Shown here: piece after piece, positions 17,651 to 29,091 of the stretch
How positions within the stretch are numbered: position 1 is the first letter of the stretch
How the letters are laid out: every line of letters starts with the position of its first letter
Origin: an archaeon
Lineage (GTDB): Archaea > Iainarchaeota > Iainarchaeia > Iainarchaeales > JAAZKV01
NCBI GenBank assembly: GCA_038046585.1
Contig: JBBSVX010000013.1
Coordinates: 6,942 to 70,941 of the forward strand
Length of the DNA stretch: 64,000 nt
Direction: 5' to 3'
The notes under the pieces: model-generated
The model's database searches: none
Seen by the model: the letters and a program-made list of their open reading frames with translations, nothing else
What the model was told of the DNA's origin: nothing
Translations under genes and position numbers: made by a program

Positions 17651-19777
17651 ATGGTCAGCTCCGCCCATGACGTAGAAAAAATGGTTCTTGAAGCGAACAA
17701 ATTTCCTTCATTTAACGAAATGCAAAAAAAGTGCCTTGGCAAATTATCAAAAAACCTTGTAGTATCCGCGCCCACTGCGAGCGGAAAAACAATTATAGCA
17801 GAACTTTTTATTTTAGAATCTGCGATGAATGACAAGAAAAAAATAATTTACACTTGCCCTTTGCGCGCGCTCGCAAGCGAACACTACAAAGATTTCAAGA
17901 AAAAATATCCTGAACTAAAATTTGCTCTCTCAACTGGCGACCTTGATTCGTCATCATCTTATTTGAAGAAGTTTGACTGTATTTTTACGACGTACGAAAA
18001 GCTCGCTTCGCTTTTGAGGCATAATGCCGAGTGGCTTGTGGATGTCGGGTGCATTATTATTGACGAGGTGCACGAACTTGATTCAGATCGCGGGCCCGTG
18101 CTTGAAATCGCAATCACTCAGTTGAGAAATAGAAACAAAAATATTCGTACGCTTGCGCTAAGCGCAACAATTCCAAACGCGAACCAGCTCGCAAAGTGGC
18201 TCGACGCGGAGCTCATCGAAAGCAATTGGAGACCGGTGAAACTCCGCGAAGGGGTTTTGTTTGAGGAAACCTTGGAGTTTAATGACAAGACAAACGAAGA
18301 AGGAACACTAGAGGACGTAATTGAGAAAAACCTAGATGCAAAAAAACAATTTTTGTTTTTCATGAACTCGAGAAAGCGCGCCGAGGGAATGGCAAAGAGA
18401 CTCTCTGAACATACAACAAAAATGATTAAAGACAAGGAAAAGTTAGAGCTTGCAAAAATCGCTGATGATGCACTAAATGTTTTAGAGGCACCCACCGAGC
18501 AATGTTCCTCCCTCGCTGATTGCATTCGTGCCGGCGCGGCATTTCACCACGCAGGACTCATGGGAGAGCAGAGAGAAATTGTAGAGGAGAATTTCAGGAA
18601 TGGAAAAATAAAAATGATTTCTGCAACTCCAACGCTTGCGGCAGGAGTAAACACCCCCGCTGACATTGTAGTGATTCCGAGCATGTATCGTTTCGAAGAA
18701 TTCGGGATGGAGCTCATCTCGGTGCGCGAGTATAAGCAAATGTCGGGACGTTCAGGCAGACCGAAATTCTCTAGCGAGGGAAAAAGCATTGTTATCGCAA
18801 GTACCGAGAATCAGAAAGAGCTTTTCATGGAGAAATATATTAACGGTCCGATGGAGGCTGTTAGCTCGCAGCTCGGAACGATTTCAATTCTTAGGACGCA
18901 TATCCTCGCGCTCATCGCAACAGGAGACATACACAGCATCGAAAGCGCAGAGAAATTTTTTGAGGGCACTCTTTACGCGCATCAGTTACAGGAGATGGGT
19001 GAACTTATTGAAACAGTTGCCGAAGTGGTTGAGGCCTTGAAAGAATTTAATTTTGTTGTCGAAAAAGAGGAAAAGTGGAGTTGCACTCCGCTAGGAAAAA
19101 GAGTTAGTGATTTGTTCCTTGATCCCGAGAGTGCAAATAGTTTGGTGAAGGCGCTCGGGATGAGAAAAACTTTCACTCCTTTCTCTTATCTTTTCGCGTG
19201 GGTGAATTGCACAGAATTTTCTCCCTGGTTCACTACCCCAAGAAAACTTGAACCACTTATTAGGGAAGAATTTCATGACAGAATAATTGAAATCCCGTTC
19301 AGCGAGGAAGAGGCGTTATATTCTTCGGATGCACAACTCAACAAATTCTTTTCAGCGCTCATGCTTGAGCATTGGTGTAACGAGAAAAAAGAGCAAGAGC
19401 TTTTCAAGGACTATAATCTCGCGCCGGGAGTGCTTTTTGGAAAAACAAGGATCATTGAATGGCTTAGTTACTCTACAATCGAGCTTTCAAAGGTGCTCGC
19501 GCAGGAAAGGCATCTTACCCCTTCAATAAAACTCGGGTTAAGGGCGAAGTATGGGGTGAAGGAAGAATTATTGATGCTTGTTGAGCTTAAAGGCATCGGA
19601 AGGGTAAGAGCAAGGAAACTTTTTAACGCAGGAATAAAGCGCCCTAGCGAAATTAAGACAAATATGAAAAAGGTTGAAAATATTTTGGGTAAAAAAGTGT
19701 CGGATTCACTTGCAAAACAGCTAAATGTTGAAAAAACAAAAAACATTGCAGAGAAACTTGAAAGCTTTAAGCCCTAA
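17651..19777 (+). CDS. hel308: Ski2-like DEAD/DEAH helicase Hel308
   Basis: APTASGKT, DEVH, LSAT, HHAGL, TPTLAAGVN, QMSGRSGR, C-terminal HhH GIGRVRARKLF. Confidence 0.92.
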   Translation: MVSSAHDVEKMVLEANKFPSFNEMQKKCLGKLSKNLVVSAPTASGKTIIAELFILESAMNDKKKIIYTCPLRALASEHYKDFKKKYPELKFALSTGDLDSSSSYLKKFDCIFTTYEKLASLLRHNAEWLVDVGCIIIDEVHELDSDRGPVLEIAITQLRNRNKNIRTLALSATIPNANQLAKWLDAELIESNWRPVKLREGVLFEETLEFNDKTNEEGTLEDVIEKNLDAKKQFLFFMNSRKRAEGMAKRLSEHTTKMIKDKEKLELAKIADDALNVLEAPTEQCSSLADCIRAGAAFHHAGLMGEQREIVEENFRNGKIKMISATPTLAAGVNTPADIVVIPSMYRFEEFGMELISVREYKQMSGRSGRPKFSSEGKSIVIASTENQKELFMEKYINGPMEAVSSQLGTISILRTHILALIATGDIHSIESAEKFFEGTLYAHQLQEMGELIETVAEVVEALKEFNFVVEKEEKWSCTPLGKRVSDLFLDPESANSLVKALGMRKTFTPFSYLFAWVNCTEFSPWFTTPRKLEPLIREEFHDRIIEIPFSEEEALYSSDAQLNKFFSALMLEHWCNEKKEQELFKDYNLAPGVLFGKTRIIEWLSYSTIELSKVLAQERHLTPSIKLGLRAKYGVKEELLMLVELKGIGRVRARKLFNAGIKRPSEIKTNMKKVENILGKKVSDSLAKQLNVEKTKNIAEKLESFKP

Positions 19778-19943
19778 AAAAGCCCCAAATGCTTCAAAAC
19801 GCCCACAAAAAGCTTTATTAACTACTTAAGCCCATCTTGTTAATGGAATTTTGGCGGAAAATGAGCCAATTTTCATATTGCGCACATATAGTATATATAA
19901 TATAGAGAATTTTAGGGTTTTTTGGTCTTCTTTGGTGGACGTT

Positions 19944-22900
19944 GTGGGCTTTAACGAATTTGTTCAAAAAATCATCAATAAGGCTAAAAGCGTTTACTTC
20001 TTTTTCGAAGACAAATGGTATTCGGCGCTTGACCGAATCGACAAATACATTCCAATTTACAAAATAGTGGATCCAATCGACAAGGTCATTCCAAGCTTTG
20101 TGCTTTTCCTTCTCCTGCTACTTTTCTTACTTTTGTTGATGGGGTACCTCGCCAGGTTTTACGCGCCCTACGAAATCACTTTCCTTACTTACGATTCGAA
20201 GACAAGTAATTTCCTCCCGGGAGTAAAACTTAGCGGAGACATAGATGGCGATCCTTTTGATGGAGTAACCGACAAGAACGGACTTTCAAAAGTAACTGTA
20301 GAAGGGGAGGGGCGTAATTTTTTCGAGGCAGTGGCAAATATTTTCTTTCCTAGCAGCGAATATCCTCCGGCAAAAGTCTCTGCTGAAAAAATAGGGTATG
20401 TTTCAATCAAGGATAAAAACATAGAATTTGATTCTAAAGAATACAAGCTTCTTCTCCAACCAGCCCCTGAAGAAGATGTTCCCCAGTACAGTGATTTTGC
20501 GAATGTAAAACTAATTGATTCCACTACAAACGCAGCAATAGTTGATCAGAGCGGACAAGCTTATGTTAAGTTCAGCTGCAAAAACATTTCAAATTTCACT
20601 CCAAAAAGCGTGAGAGACAACGCTGATGGAAAAGTTGACGGAATTTTTAAGCTAACGGAAAACGCCTGCGATTTTGAAGTAACTAAAGCTTATTCCCCAG
20701 GATACGAAAGCCTAAGTATTACAACTTCGGTGAAAGGAGGAGACACAACAGAAATAGAAATGGATAAGGCCGAGACGGACGATACAGGGACTGCGAAGGT
20801 AAGGCTATACGAAAAAGGATCATCACCTGTAAAATATGTTGCAGGATCGAAAGTAGTATTTACAGGAGTAAATGAAACGCAAGAAGGAACAAGCGACTCG
20901 ACAGGATGGGTAAGAAAAGAAGGGATGAAAGTTGGAACATACACCATAACAGTAAAAGATTTGAATTATTATGAAATACTTCCCTCGGACAATGTAAAAA
21001 TAACAATCAAGGCAGGAGACACAAATGAAATAGAAATTGGGCTTACAAAAGTTAATCCGCAGGATATGAGAGTGGTTTACTTTAGAGTGATTGATTCAAA
21101 CAGCAGGACCGCTATTGCAAGCGCAACGGTTGATCTCATAACTCTTTACTACGATGCAAACAGAGGCTGCTACGCCGCCGACTCAAATAGAGACGGAGTG
21201 ATATATGAATCAAGCAACCCTACAATGACTGATTCAAACGGACTTTACAAAAAAGCAGCATTCACAATCAGAAGCGAAGGATATCTTGTAGCAGTAGTGC
21301 GAAAAGAAGGGTACATTTACAAGGTTTTTAAGCCAAAACTCTTTGATGTGAATTCGGGGCCCGAAACGGTAGAACTTAGTTTTGCAACAGAACAAAACAG
21401 CGGGAACGCAAAAATAATTGTTTCATCTGATTTGAATAGATATCTTGTCGGAGCGTCAACATATATTTACACTGATCTCAATTTGGGAACAGGAACATGT
21501 TCTAGCATCACAAACATAAAAGTCAACAAGGACGGAATATTAACTAACAGCGCGGGAGAAGCGCTTTACAAATATTTGCCAAGAGGAACTTACTCTGCTT
21601 CCGCTTGGTTTGATGACACGTTTTCAGGAATAACTCCAAAGCAGGATCTTGACATAAACCAGACAATTGTTTTTAATATCAGGATGAGCGTGAACGTTGC
21701 AAATCTTAGAGTAACTCTTAAGGATGCAATAACAGGAAGCATAATATCCTCCTCGAATGCAAGCGTAAAAGTATACACTGCCAGTGACGCAGAGTTCGAC
21801 ACACTTTACCTTTCAGAGACTCTAGCATATTCTAGCGGAAAGTTTGTAAGCAACGGCGGATATGCAAAGAAAAGCAGATTAGTGATTATGGCCGATTCGA
21901 ATGACTATGCGCCAAACAGCATTTATATTGACGGACCAATAACCCCTTTAGTTACAGGAAACAACGATTTCAATATGGCGCTTTACTCTGTCGCATCGCT
22001 TTATGATGTCAACATATTTTACATAAACGTCTTCACTACTAGTGACAATCTTTCAGGAACATCAAGCGTTGCAGGCCTAATGAGAGGAAACGATTATTAC
22101 GCGAAATTTGATGCAGTCATAGGAAAGAATCTCACATATCAAGAACTTCTTTCAATGATAAGAGTTGAAGGCCCTGTCGCGATAAAGAATGTCAAGCTTG
22201 TGAACATGTTGCCTTACAATTCAAAATCGCAATTGTACACTAAAAACACTTCGGCGATGGATTCACTGATAAGCCCTCACGATGACAACTACTACTTCCC
22301 GCCCACCTCGTCATACGTTGAGGCTGACAAGAGCTTAGTCCAGCTTGGAATTGATTGGACTTTGGTTAACGGAGTTTTGCCAAGAGGCACATACACTTTC
22401 GCGGTGAGATTCACAGTTGACTCAAATTCCTCCGACAACGACACGATGACGCTCAAATACAGAGCGAAGACAAAGCACTCTACTGGAACTGCTGAGACGC
22501 CTCTTGGATCCACAACTATCGCGCTCAACAAGGCAATCAAGACAGGCGTATTCTTCGTTGTCGAATACAAGGGAGTCAGCGAAATAATTGACAGCGGCGA
22601 CGCAAGCGACATTATGCTCCTTTCCTCAACCATAAGAAACGATATCAAAGTAACTCTCCAGAACAACACTTCCTCTGCGCTTTCTGGCGGAACATACAAC
22701 GTTTACTCTTATGACGGGCTGAAGAACACCTTCACTGAAAGCACAGGCGGAAGTGGATATGTTCACTTCAATTCAATTGATGGAAACAAAAAAAGTAATC
22801 TCTCAAACAGCCTCTCAATACCAACCGAACAAGGTTACACTACTACTCTAGCAGTTTACCCTGAAAAATTCAATTCAAGCAACTACATTGTTCTTTACGC

Positions 22901-24812
22901 TACATTTGGTTCTACTACTTACTCTACTTTCCTCGATGTTAAAGCATCAGGAAAACAACTCAACTTGCTTGCAGAATTTTTGGCTGGAGTGAACAACCAG
23001 AACTTCGATGGAGAAATATTCCCTAAAGATTCTGCCGATGTTGGAAGCCCTTTGGCACTTTCAGCAGTAACTCTTGCAACATACCGTTCATGCATAATAG
23101 ATTCCAATCACAGAGTATACAGCGAAACTCTTCCTTCTGCAAAAATGGCAGGGGACTTTTTCTCAACAATTGTAGACAACGTATATGAGTACAATGTTGA
23201 TTGCATAGTTGTCGACCTTGAAGCGGATGATGGAACATACAGCTATGAACCGCTCCACGAAGAAATAAAAGCTGGATCTGGCGGAACGTTTGACCCCACT
23301 CTTTCCTGCATCGACGTATCAACCCCCACGGGAGAAAAAATTATTTATCTTGAGTGGGATAAGAACCAAAAAATTGTTGTTACAAATAACTGCGCAAAAG
23401 ATGTTGTAGTAAAACTTGAAACAGGACTTGTTTGCACACCCGCTAGCGGAGTAACTTGCAGCGCGGATGCCACAATAAACGTTGGACAGGACAGAAATTA
23501 CACAATCACAGGAAAAAACATAGAATATGACCCCACAGCAGTAAAGCCAAACTTCACCGACATATTGGGATACTTCCCCGTGTTCGTTAAAGGAAGGTAC
23601 TATAGCGAAGGCAACAAGAAATTTGTTCTCGTTGATAAAGAAGAGGTTCACGTATCAAACTCGAACCAGTGCTTCGCAATATCAAAGGACATTTTTGATT
23701 TCACTGAATCAACTTCGCCGACAATTAACTTTGATGTTAACAGCTTTTGCCAGTACAATTTGATAGGCGACTTCTATGTCCCTCAGGCAAGCCTTTCCTC
23801 TTTTGGATATGACATCAACCTGGCCGTAGCAAAGCCTACCGCCAGCGTAACTTTCACCCCTTCACTAATGGTCACAGGAAACGGATACACCACTACAACT
23901 TATGATATAAATCTCTCAAGTTGGTGGGCTGCAATGATGATAGTGCCGAACAAAGCAACTTCGACTCTTGACACAACCAACCCGCTCTTGCCTTTCAGGA
24001 AATACTATAACATCAGCTTCAATGCGCTCGCATATGATCTGCCAGGGGATGCAAACAAATTACAGTTCACTTGGATAGATAAAAACAGCGAATACTTTAA
24101 CGAAAAGAAACCTTACGGGGCAGAGATAGATGGAAATGTCATTGTTACTTACACTAATGGGACAACTTACTCATTCATCCCTTCATATAATTTCTCAATA
24201 AAGAACGGCACAGTATCTTGCGTAAGCATTTCAACACCGCAATCAGGAGAGTACTGCGAACTTGGCGCTGATGTCGGCGAGAATAACCCTGACGGAGGAA
24301 AACTCGCATTCGGATTATTCTACATGAACATCCCAAGAGGAGACATAGCTAAAGTAGATTTCAACATTATAGGAGACTCAAACACTGAAAATCTCGAAAT
24401 AAAAATTAAGCCTTACACTAATTTCACTGAAACTAGAACATCCGTTACGCAGACAACAGGCGCATCAACTTACTCAATACCCCTAACGCCTTACTCCATT
24501 TATCCACTCGAAGATGTGGTGTACTTGCTTAAGCACATAAGCCAATTGAACACGTTCTCCGATTCGGCATTCTTAGGAGTAAATAATCCTACAACATACC
24601 TTGTAACGGACAATGCAAATGTTCTCGCTTGGGTTGAAGCGGGTTACCTCAAGGCAGCATATGTCGGAACTGATATCTCGCAGTATAACGACAAGTCTCT
24701 TGAATTCAAGCTTGTTAGAACATTCGGTCAAGGAATAGGGTACGGAATAGTGAACGTTGATGATTATGTTGCCACTGAATCTAGCAATGGCAAGGATATT
24801 AGCGGAGATTAA
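19944..24812 (+). CDS. Giant (about 1620 aa) N-terminally anchored surface protein with carboxypeptidase-regulatory/Ig-like repeats; paralog of 52423..59073
   Basis: GTG start after a GGTGG SD gives MGFNEFVQKI...VYFFFEDKWY, parallel to the paralog N-terminus. TM helix and repeated beta-sandwich motifs. Confidence 0.8.
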   Translation: MGFNEFVQKIINKAKSVYFFFEDKWYSALDRIDKYIPIYKIVDPIDKVIPSFVLFLLLLLFLLLLMGYLARFYAPYEITFLTYDSKTSNFLPGVKLSGDIDGDPFDGVTDKNGLSKVTVEGEGRNFFEAVANIFFPSSEYPPAKVSAEKIGYVSIKDKNIEFDSKEYKLLLQPAPEEDVPQYSDFANVKLIDSTTNAAIVDQSGQAYVKFSCKNISNFTPKSVRDNADGKVDGIFKLTENACDFEVTKAYSPGYESLSITTSVKGGDTTEIEMDKAETDDTGTAKVRLYEKGSSPVKYVAGSKVVFTGVNETQEGTSDSTGWVRKEGMKVGTYTITVKDLNYYEILPSDNVKITIKAGDTNEIEIGLTKVNPQDMRVVYFRVIDSNSRTAIASATVDLITLYYDANRGCYAADSNRDGVIYESSNPTMTDSNGLYKKAAFTIRSEGYLVAVVRKEGYIYKVFKPKLFDVNSGPETVELSFATEQNSGNAKIIVSSDLNRYLVGASTYIYTDLNLGTGTCSSITNIKVNKDGILTNSAGEALYKYLPRGTYSASAWFDDTFSGITPKQDLDINQTIVFNIRMSVNVANLRVTLKDAITGSIISSSNASVKVYTASDAEFDTLYLSETLAYSSGKFVSNGGYAKKSRLVIMADSNDYAPNSIYIDGPITPLVTGNNDFNMALYSVASLYDVNIFYINVFTTSDNLSGTSSVAGLMRGNDYYAKFDAVIGKNLTYQELLSMIRVEGPVAIKNVKLVNMLPYNSKSQLYTKNTSAMDSLISPHDDNYYFPPTSSYVEADKSLVQLGIDWTLVNGVLPRGTYTFAVRFTVDSNSSDNDTMTLKYRAKTKHSTGTAETPLGSTTIALNKAIKTGVFFVVEYKGVSEIIDSGDASDIMLLSSTIRNDIKVTLQNNTSSALSGGTYNVYSYDGLKNTFTESTGGSGYVHFNSIDGNKKSNLSNSLSIPTEQGYTTTLAVYPEKFNSSNYIVLYATFGSTTYSTFLDVKASGKQLNLLAEFLAGVNNQNFDGEIFPKDSADVGSPLALSAVTLATYRSCIIDSNHRVYSETLPSAKMAGDFFSTIVDNVYEYNVDCIVVDLEADDGTYSYEPLHEEIKAGSGGTFDPTLSCIDVSTPTGEKIIYLEWDKNQKIVVTNNCAKDVVVKLETGLVCTPASGVTCSADATINVGQDRNYTITGKNIEYDPTAVKPNFTDILGYFPVFVKGRYYSEGNKKFVLVDKEEVHVSNSNQCFAISKDIFDFTESTSPTINFDVNSFCQYNLIGDFYVPQASLSSFGYDINLAVAKPTASVTFTPSLMVTGNGYTTTTYDINLSSWWAAMMIVPNKATSTLDTTNPLLPFRKYYNISFNALAYDLPGDANKLQFTWIDKNSEYFNEKKPYGAEIDGNVIVTYTNGTTYSFIPSYNFSIKNGTVSCVSISTPQSGEYCELGADVGENNPDGGKLAFGLFYMNIPRGDIAKVDFNIIGDSNTENLEIKIKPYTNFTETRTSVTQTTGASTYSIPLTPYSIYPLEDVVYLLKHISQLNTFSDSAFLGVNNPTTYLVTDNANVLAWVEAGYLKAAYVGTDISQYNDKSLEFKLVRTFGQGIGYGIVNVDDYVATESSNGKDISGD

Positions 24813-24857
24813 CAGATAGAAAAGAGATAAATAGTTGTAAGTTTTATTGGTGTTAAG

Positions 24858-26570
24858 ATGGATACAAGAAGGATTGTGGCGCTCTTCGCGTTGATACTTA
24901 TCGCGTTGCCGGCATTTGGATACTCTTTTGAGGACCTGCAGTGGAACGGATTAATGGAAATCAGCCTTGACAAGGAAGAATTCTTGGAAACTGAAGCGAT
25001 AACAGGAAATGTTGTGATAGATAATTTGGAACAATACCCCATAGTCGGGCAGAGGCTTGTGTTCCAGGTCGGCCAAGGAGCTTACACTTATCCATCCCAG
25101 TTCGCTTCGGATAACACCACCTCCGAACAAGCGATTAGCGATATCTGGGTTCTTCCTTCCTCAAACAAATCCATCCCTTTCTCAATCCCGGCTCAAAAAG
25201 CTGGAGAATACCACTTGGATGTTTACTCCTGGGTACTAAAATCAAAGTATGTCGGGGCAAGCGCGATAATGTACAACCCCCAGAGCGTAAACTTTAAAGT
25301 AAAAGGAAATAACGCAGAAGGCAAAGCGACAATAGTCAGATCCACAACAGTATTTGGAAATGGCGAGAAATGGATTGCTGGCCCGGTAGGATTCCCAATC
25401 AAAGCGGGAGAAAAATATGCAGGCAAAATATTTGTCAGAAATGATTCCACAAAAACAAAATCAGCAATGAAACTCTCAATTTCACTTTGCGATTGGGCGA
25501 TAGTATTTTGCGAAACCGCTGTGCAGAATGATTTTGAAGTCCCAACTCTAGCCCCCGGGCAGGAAACGCAAATAGATGTTGAACTCACAGCCCCAATGAT
25601 TCCTTCAGCTTATGAAATAAATATGATTCTAAAAGAAGGGGAAAGCATAGAGTCGATTTATAAAAACAGAATAATTGTTACAGGCGGAACCACAAAAGCA
25701 AGAAAAGTTTATGTTAACGGACTTGCAGATAGGAATTATCTGTTGAATGTATATATTGCAGGAAGCCCAGATCACTTCACAAATCCTGACTTCAATGATT
25801 TCACTTTAACCGTGGAAGTATATAACGAGGCCCAGCTTCTCGAAGAAAAATCAATAAATATTCAGGGAATCGGCCCTGAAGAAGTTTTAATGCACTCTTT
25901 TGATGTTACAGACCAGATGTTCACTAAAGCCTGCATCAAGGCAAAAAAAGGAGGCGAAGTGTTTGAAAGCGAATGCTTCACTGTTCCGCTAAAGGAACTC
26001 CAGGATGCTTATGATGCCGCTTTCCCAGAACTAGTGAAAGTAGAATGGAATTATGATGAAGCATTCTCTGCACTAAACGTCAACCTTACTAAGGAAACAA
26101 AACCTGTGAATGCGAGAGTGAGGATTTTTTCTTCAACAAAAACTTTGATTCTTGAAAACATAAGTCAGGCAAGCCCTTTTACAAAATCCTATACTATACA
26201 AAAAGGGGATCTCACAATGACTGTTGATGATCTTGACGCAAAGAAACAGCAGGTATTCAACCTTACCCTTAACTTGGGAGAAAAGACCCAGCTCGCCAGC
26301 GAAGTTGATCCTAACGCAGCTGAGGCAGGATACACCGGAAATTGTACAATGAATGTATGTTCCAACGCGCAAATTTGCGAAGGAATATCTTATAATTCAC
26401 CGCAAGGAGTGTGCTGCAGTGGAGCTTGCATTGAAGGAGTGAGCGGCACAGGATTAATTGAAGAAGAAATCCCATTCATATTCTTTATAGCACTAATAAT
26501 GATAATTCTTGCAGCAACAATTGGTGCGGGCGTTATGGTTAAAGCCAAAAAGAAGGGGGCGCTTAAATGA
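24858..26570 (+). CDS. Secreted Ig-like protein with a small Cys knot and C-terminal TM anchor
   Basis: Signal peptide, CSNAQICEG...VCCSGAC, C-terminal TM plus basic tail. Stop overlaps the next start (ATGA). Confidence 0.78.
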   Translation: MDTRRIVALFALILIALPAFGYSFEDLQWNGLMEISLDKEEFLETEAITGNVVIDNLEQYPIVGQRLVFQVGQGAYTYPSQFASDNTTSEQAISDIWVLPSSNKSIPFSIPAQKAGEYHLDVYSWVLKSKYVGASAIMYNPQSVNFKVKGNNAEGKATIVRSTTVFGNGEKWIAGPVGFPIKAGEKYAGKIFVRNDSTKTKSAMKLSISLCDWAIVFCETAVQNDFEVPTLAPGQETQIDVELTAPMIPSAYEINMILKEGESIESIYKNRIIVTGGTTKARKVYVNGLADRNYLLNVYIAGSPDHFTNPDFNDFTLTVEVYNEAQLLEEKSINIQGIGPEEVLMHSFDVTDQMFTKACIKAKKGGEVFESECFTVPLKELQDAYDAAFPELVKVEWNYDEAFSALNVNLTKETKPVNARVRIFSSTKTLILENISQASPFTKSYTIQKGDLTMTVDDLDAKKQQVFNLTLNLGEKTQLASEVDPNAAEAGYTGNCTMNVCSNAQICEGISYNSPQGVCCSGACIEGVSGTGLIEEEIPFIFFIALIMIILAATIGAGVMVKAKKKGALK

Positions 26571-29023
26571 AAATGCATGCTCTCTTGATAATAGCAATAT
26601 TTTTAGCAGTGCTTTTGATAATTCCTACAGCAATGGCTGAGTGTGAGATAGCCCACTGCTGGTACATATCAGGAGAGATAAGCATTACCCCCACTAACAC
26701 TTGGAACGGATGCTACGCTTCAATGCCTTCCAACGTAAAAATTAACAACATATATTACCCTCTTTTGGTTTTACCCGGAAGCTACTTGTCTTCATCGGGA
26801 TTTGGAAACATTAACTTCCGATGCGATAATGGGGCAAGCGCAAGCTCGATGAACTTCGTACTGATGTACATCAATGGTGTCCGCTACACAACAAACGTTT
26901 CAGGTGGAGGGGCAGCGGTTGGTTCAGGTTATGAGTACTGTGGTAGTTCAGGGGGCTGCTATACACAAAGTGGGGTTGAGTCAGGATCAGGAAACCTCGA
27001 TCAAATGGTATCACAAACATTCTCGACAGCAGATATCGGCAAAGTATTCGATTATGCAATTAAATATATGAAGTACCCCATAGCGAACAGTTATGGAACA
27101 GAGGAAGCAAGCGACGGCTTTGGCACGGCCTATATTTCCCCTCCTCCATCACTTTTGGTTTTCGCCCAAGGGGACGAGAATTTCGGATTCTATGAAAAGA
27201 ACGGATACTACGAAAGAGAAGTGTTCTTCACTCTCGCAAACAAATTCCCGCTTGATGTGAACCTTGACGGGTACTCAATTAAATGTTCGCCTGGTGCGGA
27301 GTGCACAATAGACACAAGCAATATCGGATATACTATTAGCGGACAAAGCGGACTGATGATAATCCCCGGAAACATCAGAGTAAATAAAGGAAATTTGCCA
27401 GAATCGGTAACAATGTCACTCGACGTCAACTACAGCATCCCTCTTTTCAAAAACAAGGCCGCATGCGCCCCTTACGTAAAGAATTCGACAAGCTCAAAAC
27501 CAATGGTCTATGAGATTGGACTTCTTGACCAGCAGGACTTCCAAGTGGGACTTATTGCTGCGAAGGATCAGAACTTCTGCATAGGTGAAGACGGAATGAT
27601 AGGGCAGACAGGCCCAAGTTATGCGCCTAAAGTAAATATAGGGTTTGGCGGACCGACAAGCAATGTTGATCAGGAACTAATATCAGTGGATGAGTGCGAT
27701 TTGTACACCCCTTCATCTACCGGAACAAGAACTGATAATAATGACGCAGTATATTGTTCGCAAAGAGAGTTCCTGCTAGAACTTACAAGAAAAATTGCCG
27801 AAATCGCGCGCATAAGGGAACTAAAGGCAGCCGATAAAAATAGTACAGCACAAGAAGCCGTTTATGCTAATTTTGAAGCATACCTTAGAAAACAGGATTT
27901 TAGCACAACAAGCGTTACATCTTCCTCAAGCACTCTTGGAACTTACATCGGAGAATTCCAAAAAATAGGCCTTGAAAGCTACTTCGGGCAAACAAAAACT
28001 GAGCAGCTGGAAAAAGCTAAGAAAGTAATGGACAGCATAATATTTGAGAACACTGGAACTTTCCCCGCGGGCCTTTACACAGTAAGCATTGAGATAACCG
28101 AACTCTCTCCTCAAACAACCTCCACTTATCTCTTCAATGGAAATGCCCTGAACACCTTCTACCAGATAAAGATAAAACTCAACACAAAATCAACCCCCCA
28201 GTTCAACTGGATGTTTTACGAAATGGGAACTACAGAGCTTGATGAAAGCTCGATAGCAAGAGTACAAATAGGATCGGGAGACTATTATACTTCAAACAAC
28301 TCCAAAAGAGGGATTGTTCTTGAGATGGTTTATGACAAGAAACTCACTCACGCCGATTCAAACGCGCTCTACAATACTTTCGCAGTACCGATGATAATAA
28401 GGTCGGCAGATAAGAATGAAATTGTTGATAAGAACTTCGGGGTGGAAGTAAGAGCTGGAGTAAACCCAACTTCGCCTCCTCTTTTCACTTACTGGACCGC
28501 ATTTGCAAGCACTCTTGGAAGCGGGTGCGAAACAATAGAGAACACCGCCTTAACATCGCTCCCCTACAGAACCCCTGACACTGCGCTAGGCACATATGGA
28601 ACCGGTCTTTCGTTCAACATTGACTTCCTTAACTCGACAAAAAAGGACCAGAACATGTACTCTTCAACCGTGTTGTTCCTGCCAAAGGGCGTTGACAATA
28701 TAAACGAGGGCGTGAAAGTATACGCTCCTTTTAGGGTTATCACAAAAGACAAGACCTGTGATGGAAATTCAACTAATTTTTGCCAGACTGAAATCAATTC
28801 AGCGTCATCCACATACAATCTTTCAACATCAACTCCGCTTGCATCGGTATTCTCTAAAGTGTCTGATGGCAGTCTCTGTGTTTACCAGGGAATAAACGAT
28901 TCAGGAAAGAACCAGTGGACGGTGTTCTGGAACCAGGCACAAGTTCTAAGCGACCTTGATGCAAAGAAGAATGCAATTACTGATGCTAATATTTGCACTA
29001 CAAGAGCTATACTTGGATCTTAG
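26567..29023 (+). CDS. Secreted 818-aa protein whose C-terminal ~500 aa resemble the C-terminus of the 2216-aa protein
   Basis: Signal peptide; FCIGEDGMIGQTGPSYAPKV, DAVYCSQREF, TVFWNQ motifs. Confidence 0.78.
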   Translation: MKMHALLIIAIFLAVLLIIPTAMAECEIAHCWYISGEISITPTNTWNGCYASMPSNVKINNIYYPLLVLPGSYLSSSGFGNINFRCDNGASASSMNFVLMYINGVRYTTNVSGGGAAVGSGYEYCGSSGGCYTQSGVESGSGNLDQMVSQTFSTADIGKVFDYAIKYMKYPIANSYGTEEASDGFGTAYISPPPSLLVFAQGDENFGFYEKNGYYEREVFFTLANKFPLDVNLDGYSIKCSPGAECTIDTSNIGYTISGQSGLMIIPGNIRVNKGNLPESVTMSLDVNYSIPLFKNKAACAPYVKNSTSSKPMVYEIGLLDQQDFQVGLIAAKDQNFCIGEDGMIGQTGPSYAPKVNIGFGGPTSNVDQELISVDECDLYTPSSTGTRTDNNDAVYCSQREFLLELTRKIAEIARIRELKAADKNSTAQEAVYANFEAYLRKQDFSTTSVTSSSSTLGTYIGEFQKIGLESYFGQTKTEQLEKAKKVMDSIIFENTGTFPAGLYTVSIEITELSPQTTSTYLFNGNALNTFYQIKIKLNTKSTPQFNWMFYEMGTTELDESSIARVQIGSGDYYTSNNSKRGIVLEMVYDKKLTHADSNALYNTFAVPMIIRSADKNEIVDKNFGVEVRAGVNPTSPPLFTYWTAFASTLGSGCETIENTALTSLPYRTPDTALGTYGTGLSFNIDFLNSTKKDQNMYSSTVLFLPKGVDNINEGVKVYAPFRVITKDKTCDGNSTNFCQTEINSASSTYNLSTSTPLASVFSKVSDGSLCVYQGINDSGKNQWTVFWNQAQVLSDLDAKKNAITDANICTTRAILGS

Positions 29024-29091
29024 TTAAAGAGAATAAACTAATTCTAAGAAAATAAACTAATCCTAAATAAAACAAAAATATCTAAATCAGC

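Noticed and set aside
29031..29065. Tandem AATAAACTAAT(T/C)CTAA repeat as a CRISPR remnant
   Set aside because: Only two short adjacent copies with no spacers and no cas genes. More likely a terminator region between convergent genes.
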